A stretch of 64,000 bases of DNA from an uncultured Candidatus Saccharibacteria bacterium. GTDB taxonomy: Bacteria > Patescibacteriota > Saccharimonadia > Saccharimonadales > JAGQNJ01. The notes beneath the pieces are model-generated. The model was not told the DNA's origin. It searched no databases and worked only from the letters and a program-made list of their open reading frames with translations. The translations under genes and the position numbers were made by a program. Shown here piece after piece: positions 61,488 to 64,000 of the stretch; position 1 is the stretch's first letter, and every line of letters begins with the position of its first letter. The DNA is taken from assembly GCA_964602865.1 (NCBI GenBank), contig CAZRSX010000004.1, forward strand, positions 20,388 to 84,387. Reading direction: 5' to 3'.

Positions 61488-61626
61488 CAGAAAATCCCTT
61501 TTCCTTTTCTAAAAAATCTGGGCGGTGCGCAGCGGGCAGACTTGCCCGCTAGGCGGCGGGGCTGAGCTTGCATTGCTCAACAATTTTTCTCAAAATAGTT
61601 TCTAGCGGAGTTGTAAAACTCTACCA
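61488..61626 (-). repeat. Right copy (R) of the inverted repeat, 12 nt from tRNA-Arg(UCU)
   Basis: See 58509-58674. The central hairpin differs in sequence but keeps hairpin potential (attccagcaaagctggaat versus agcgggcaagtctgcccgct). Confidence 0.65.
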
Positions 61627-61638
61627 AAAATCCATTTT

Positions 61639-61715
61639 TGGTACCCCGGGAGGGACTCGAACCCCCGACCTTGACGTTAGAACCGTCTTGCTCTAATCCA
61701 CTGAGCTACCGGGGC
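61639..61715 (-). tRNA. tRNA-Arg (anticodon UCU), CCA encoded
   Basis: GCCCCGGTAGCTCAGTGGATTAGAGCAAGACGGTTCTAACGTCAAGGTCGGGGGTTCGAGTCCCTCCCGGGGTACCA. Confidence 0.8.
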
Positions 61716-61808
61716 GTGGTAACAGCTGGTATTATACCGTATTACCTCATATTTGTTGCAAAACCTGCATGAGAGGCGCATACTAAGCACCAAGAAAGCA
61801 TAAACGCT

Positions 61809-63227
61809 ATGGCAAAAGAATCACAAACGCCAGAACCAGCCACCGCACCAGAGATTGACCCGGATCATGTTAACTTAGATATCGAAACGACGGACGATAG
61901 CCAGCCGATAGACACCTCGCAGACCATCGAGGAAGCAGCCAACAAAACCGAAGACGACTCAAGTGAGGACGACACGCTCTATCGCCAAGCTGCAAGTGAA
62001 GTGGCCATTGAAGAACCAGTCGATCAGCCGCCGAAAAAACCGAAAAAAAGCCGGAAAAAATTCCTTGTTGTCGGGCTCGTATTACTTTTATTGGCTGTCG
62101 CGGGCGGCTGGTACTTCTTCCTCCGTGAAAAGCCCGCGCCCGCGCCAAGCCAGGCGCCTGAGCAAACCGAAGCCCCGCAAGCCATCGGCTATGAGCCTGA
62201 TGCGATTGCTTATACGTTCCGCGAATCAAGCAACCTGCCGCACACACTATTCTGGCGTTTAGCTACCGGCGAGAACCGCACGCAAGTACGGGTACTTGAC
62301 CGCGGCGATGAGATAAGCCAGTTCGATGTGTTCGGCCAAACCGTTGTATACAGCACCGCTCGGAGTGTGCAACTCAGCAATGACGGCGGACGAAGCTACA
62401 AAGAGGCATTGGCGCTGGCGCCCGGCGAGCAAGTAACCAGTCTCAGGATATCCGACAAAGGCAATGTTGCAGTGGCGCTGCTTCCAGACAATCGAGAAGC
62501 AAACACCGTCAAATCAATTAGCGCGACTGATGGAACCGTCAACGAACTGTTTACAAGTAAATCTGCCGGGGTGTTTGTAGAGAGCTGGAACGAAGACAAG
62601 CAGCTGATAGTCTACCAGGAAGGTTGTTACAACTGCGACGGCAATAGTTTTGGCTTGAGCACTATCAACCTTGCCGACAAAAAAGTCACCAAGCTGCTCG
62701 GTTCAGTTGACGGCAAAGAGGTGTCAAGCTACGCCGTAGCTCGCGACGGCAGCAAAGCGGTGTTTGTACAAGGCTCCATTGATAGTTCAAGCGATGGCCT
62801 GGGCTATACAACCAAAGCACCGTACAAGATCCAGTCCCTTGATATTGCCAGCAATAAAGTCAGCCTCATCACCACTATCGGCACAGCTGGCGAAACAAAC
62901 GAAAACGGCACCGTACGGCGTCGAAACATTCTGGTTGGCTTTGTAGCAGGCAGCCAAGCGCCATATTACGCTGACGGCAACAGCGTACAGTTGCTCTTCC
63001 CGAGTCCGGATGGTGACGGCGAAGTTAAGCCGCCAGTTACGCTCTATGAGGCTCGCGAACCAATTCAACACCTACCATACGTCGGCGAGAAAGTGGTTAT
63101 TGCTGGCAGCGGCGAGCAAGACGCGCCTGACTACACGCTGGTGCATTACAATATTGAGAATCAACAAGCGACGACTATATTTGAAGGTGATAGCAACACC
63201 TTACTCTTTGGCGTCACAACGAAATAA
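61809..63227 (+). CDS. Hypothetical membrane-anchored protein (acidic N-terminus, one TM, beta-rich ectodomain)
   Basis: 472 aa; TM FLVVGLVLLLLAVAGGWYFF. A beta-propeller-like fold is a guess only. Confidence 0.4.
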   Translation: MAKESQTPEPATAPEIDPDHVNLDIETTDDSQPIDTSQTIEEAANKTEDDSSEDDTLYRQAASEVAIEEPVDQPPKKPKKSRKKFLVVGLVLLLLAVAGGWYFFLREKPAPAPSQAPEQTEAPQAIGYEPDAIAYTFRESSNLPHTLFWRLATGENRTQVRVLDRGDEISQFDVFGQTVVYSTARSVQLSNDGGRSYKEALALAPGEQVTSLRISDKGNVAVALLPDNREANTVKSISATDGTVNELFTSKSAGVFVESWNEDKQLIVYQEGCYNCDGNSFGLSTINLADKKVTKLLGSVDGKEVSSYAVARDGSKAVFVQGSIDSSSDGLGYTTKAPYKIQSLDIASNKVSLITTIGTAGETNENGTVRRRNILVGFVAGSQAPYYADGNSVQLLFPSPDGDGEVKPPVTLYEAREPIQHLPYVGEKVVIAGSGEQDAPDYTLVHYNIENQQATTIFEGDSNTLLFGVTTK

Positions 63228-63362
63228 TCTGAATACAAAGACTATTGTGGTGCGGTGTTTTGGACAAAATCAGAACTCTTTTACAGCAATCGCAGATCTG
63301 TAAACGAGGCGTTCGCCGAGCTTCAGGGGGAAGAGGTGTTTAATTTATTTCAAAATGATACC

Positions 63363-63380
63363 GGAGGGGTAAACCCCTCC
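63363..63380. terminator. GC-rich hairpin GGAGGGGtaaaCCCCTCC
   Basis: Lies between the 61809-63227 gene and the 3' end of tRNA-Gly; weak T tract. Confidence 0.4.
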
Positions 63381-63387
63381 TTGATAA

Positions 63388-63462
63388 TGGTGCGGGATAC
63401 CAGAGTCGAACTGGTCTCTTCAGTTTGGAAAACTGACATATTAGCCGATATACGAATCCCGC
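63388..63462 (-). tRNA. tRNA-Gly (anticodon UCC), CCA encoded
   Basis: GCGGGATTCGTATATCGGCTAATATGTCAGTTTTCCAAACTGAAGAGACCAGTTCGACTCTGGTATCCCGCACCA. Confidence 0.9.
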
Positions 63463-63496
63463 GACTTTAACTTCGGTATTATAGCAAAAAATAGGG

Positions 63497-64000
63497 CTAC
63501 TGTCGTGCGTTTAACGCTTCCTGTAGTTCGGGCGCATCTAATTCCAGCGTCTGTCCGGGCACTGCCCTGCCCTCGAGCAACGCTTGCGCGACGATGTTCT
63601 CAACCGCTCGCTGCACAACACGGCGAAGCGGTCGAGCACCAAGCCGCGGATCATAGCCAACTTCTGTCAGGAGCCGCTTGGCGGCCTGCGTCAGCCCGAC
63701 GCTCACTTTCTTGCCGGCCAGTGTTTTATTGATAGACACAAGCAAAAGATCAACCACCTGCAACAACTCGTCTTTGTTGAGCGGTCTGAATAATACCGTT
63801 TCGTCAAAACGGTTGAGGAACTCTGGCCTAAACTGGTTTGAGCTTATCAGCTCATCGATAAACTGTTGCTCAAAATCTTCAAGCCGCTCGCCGCGCTCAA
63901 TGTGCGCGCGGATTTTATCCGCCCCGGCGTTGCTGGTCGCGATAATAATGGCGTCTTTGAAACTCACCGGCTTGTTTTCGGCGTCGCGTAGAATCCCTTC
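63497..64000 (-). CDS. Clp/Hsp100 AAA+ ATPase, C-terminal part (N-terminus outside window)
   Basis: IIATSN...RPEFLNRFDETVLFRPL...GARPLRR sensor-2 region. Confidence 0.8.
   Translation of the reverse strand, partial: EGILRDAENKPVSFKDAIIIATSNAGADKIRAHIERGERLEDFEQQFIDELISSNQFRPEFLNRFDETVLFRPLNKDELLQVVDLLLVSINKTLAGKKVSVGLTQAAKRLLTEVGYDPRLGARPLRRVVQRAVENIVAQALLEGRAVPGQTLELDAPELQEALNARQ

Noticed and set aside
63249-63380. Short matches to the tRNA-Gly 3' end (tggtgcgg at 63252, gataccggag near 63355) downstream of the tRNA
   Set aside because: The matches are only 8-10 nt each and interrupted, too short to distinguish from chance. This contrasts with the 19-21-nt repeats at tRNA-Glu and tRNA-Lys.

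Overview
This is a 64-kb chromosomal window. Gene content suggests a small-genome, Gram-positive-type bacterium of the Patescibacteria/CPR group, possibly Saccharibacteria-like; this placement is inference only. Supporting features are complete peptidoglycan genes (murA, murB, murD, murI), a pyk-pgk-tpiA glycolysis operon, folate genes (folD, folA, glyA), sortase-type surface proteins, a decayed dapA, a lone purD, and tRNAs with encoded CCA. The standard genetic code applies, since TGA is used as a stop.

RNA genes: tmRNA plus six tRNAs, namely Glu-UUC, Lys-CUU, Arg-UCG, His-GUG, Arg-UCU and Gly-UCC.

About 22.1-35.0 kb looks AT-richer by eye and is accessory. It carries three groups of genes:
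- A tightly packed minus-strand operon: membrane protein, LuxI/FeeM-like acyltransferase, ThiF/E1-like enzyme, and a 7TM histidine kinase.
- A DUF2156-like transferase and a nucleotide module: guanylate-kinase-like protein, a CTP-synthase-N-like::Ham1 fusion, and a second Ham1 paralogue.
- A 4.6-kb cargo (HIT, Gfo/Idh/MocA oxidoreductase, nucleotidyltransferase, His-phosphatase, Asp-beta-hydroxylase-like protein, response regulator) bracketed by a 243-bp perfect direct repeat inside two response-regulator genes.

Other notable structures:
- A small GIY-YIG cassette with terminal inverted repeats and an ATGAA target duplication sits exactly on the murB start codon. Two deletion derivatives sit on two other start codons.
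- Three decaying copies of the kinase 3' end bracket a VapBC module and a frameshifted small gene.
- tRNA 3'-end duplications occur at tRNA-Glu and tRNA-Lys.
- A 3.1-kb segment flanked by inverted repeats lies next to tRNA-Arg(UCU).
- An isolated cluster of genes resembles actinophage tail fibres.
- Three TA pairs plus a Fic gene are present.
- Promoters with leaderless geometry recur across the window.

No CRISPR array, rRNA or recognisable transposase/integrase was seen. All calls rest on manual motif reading. No database search was run.
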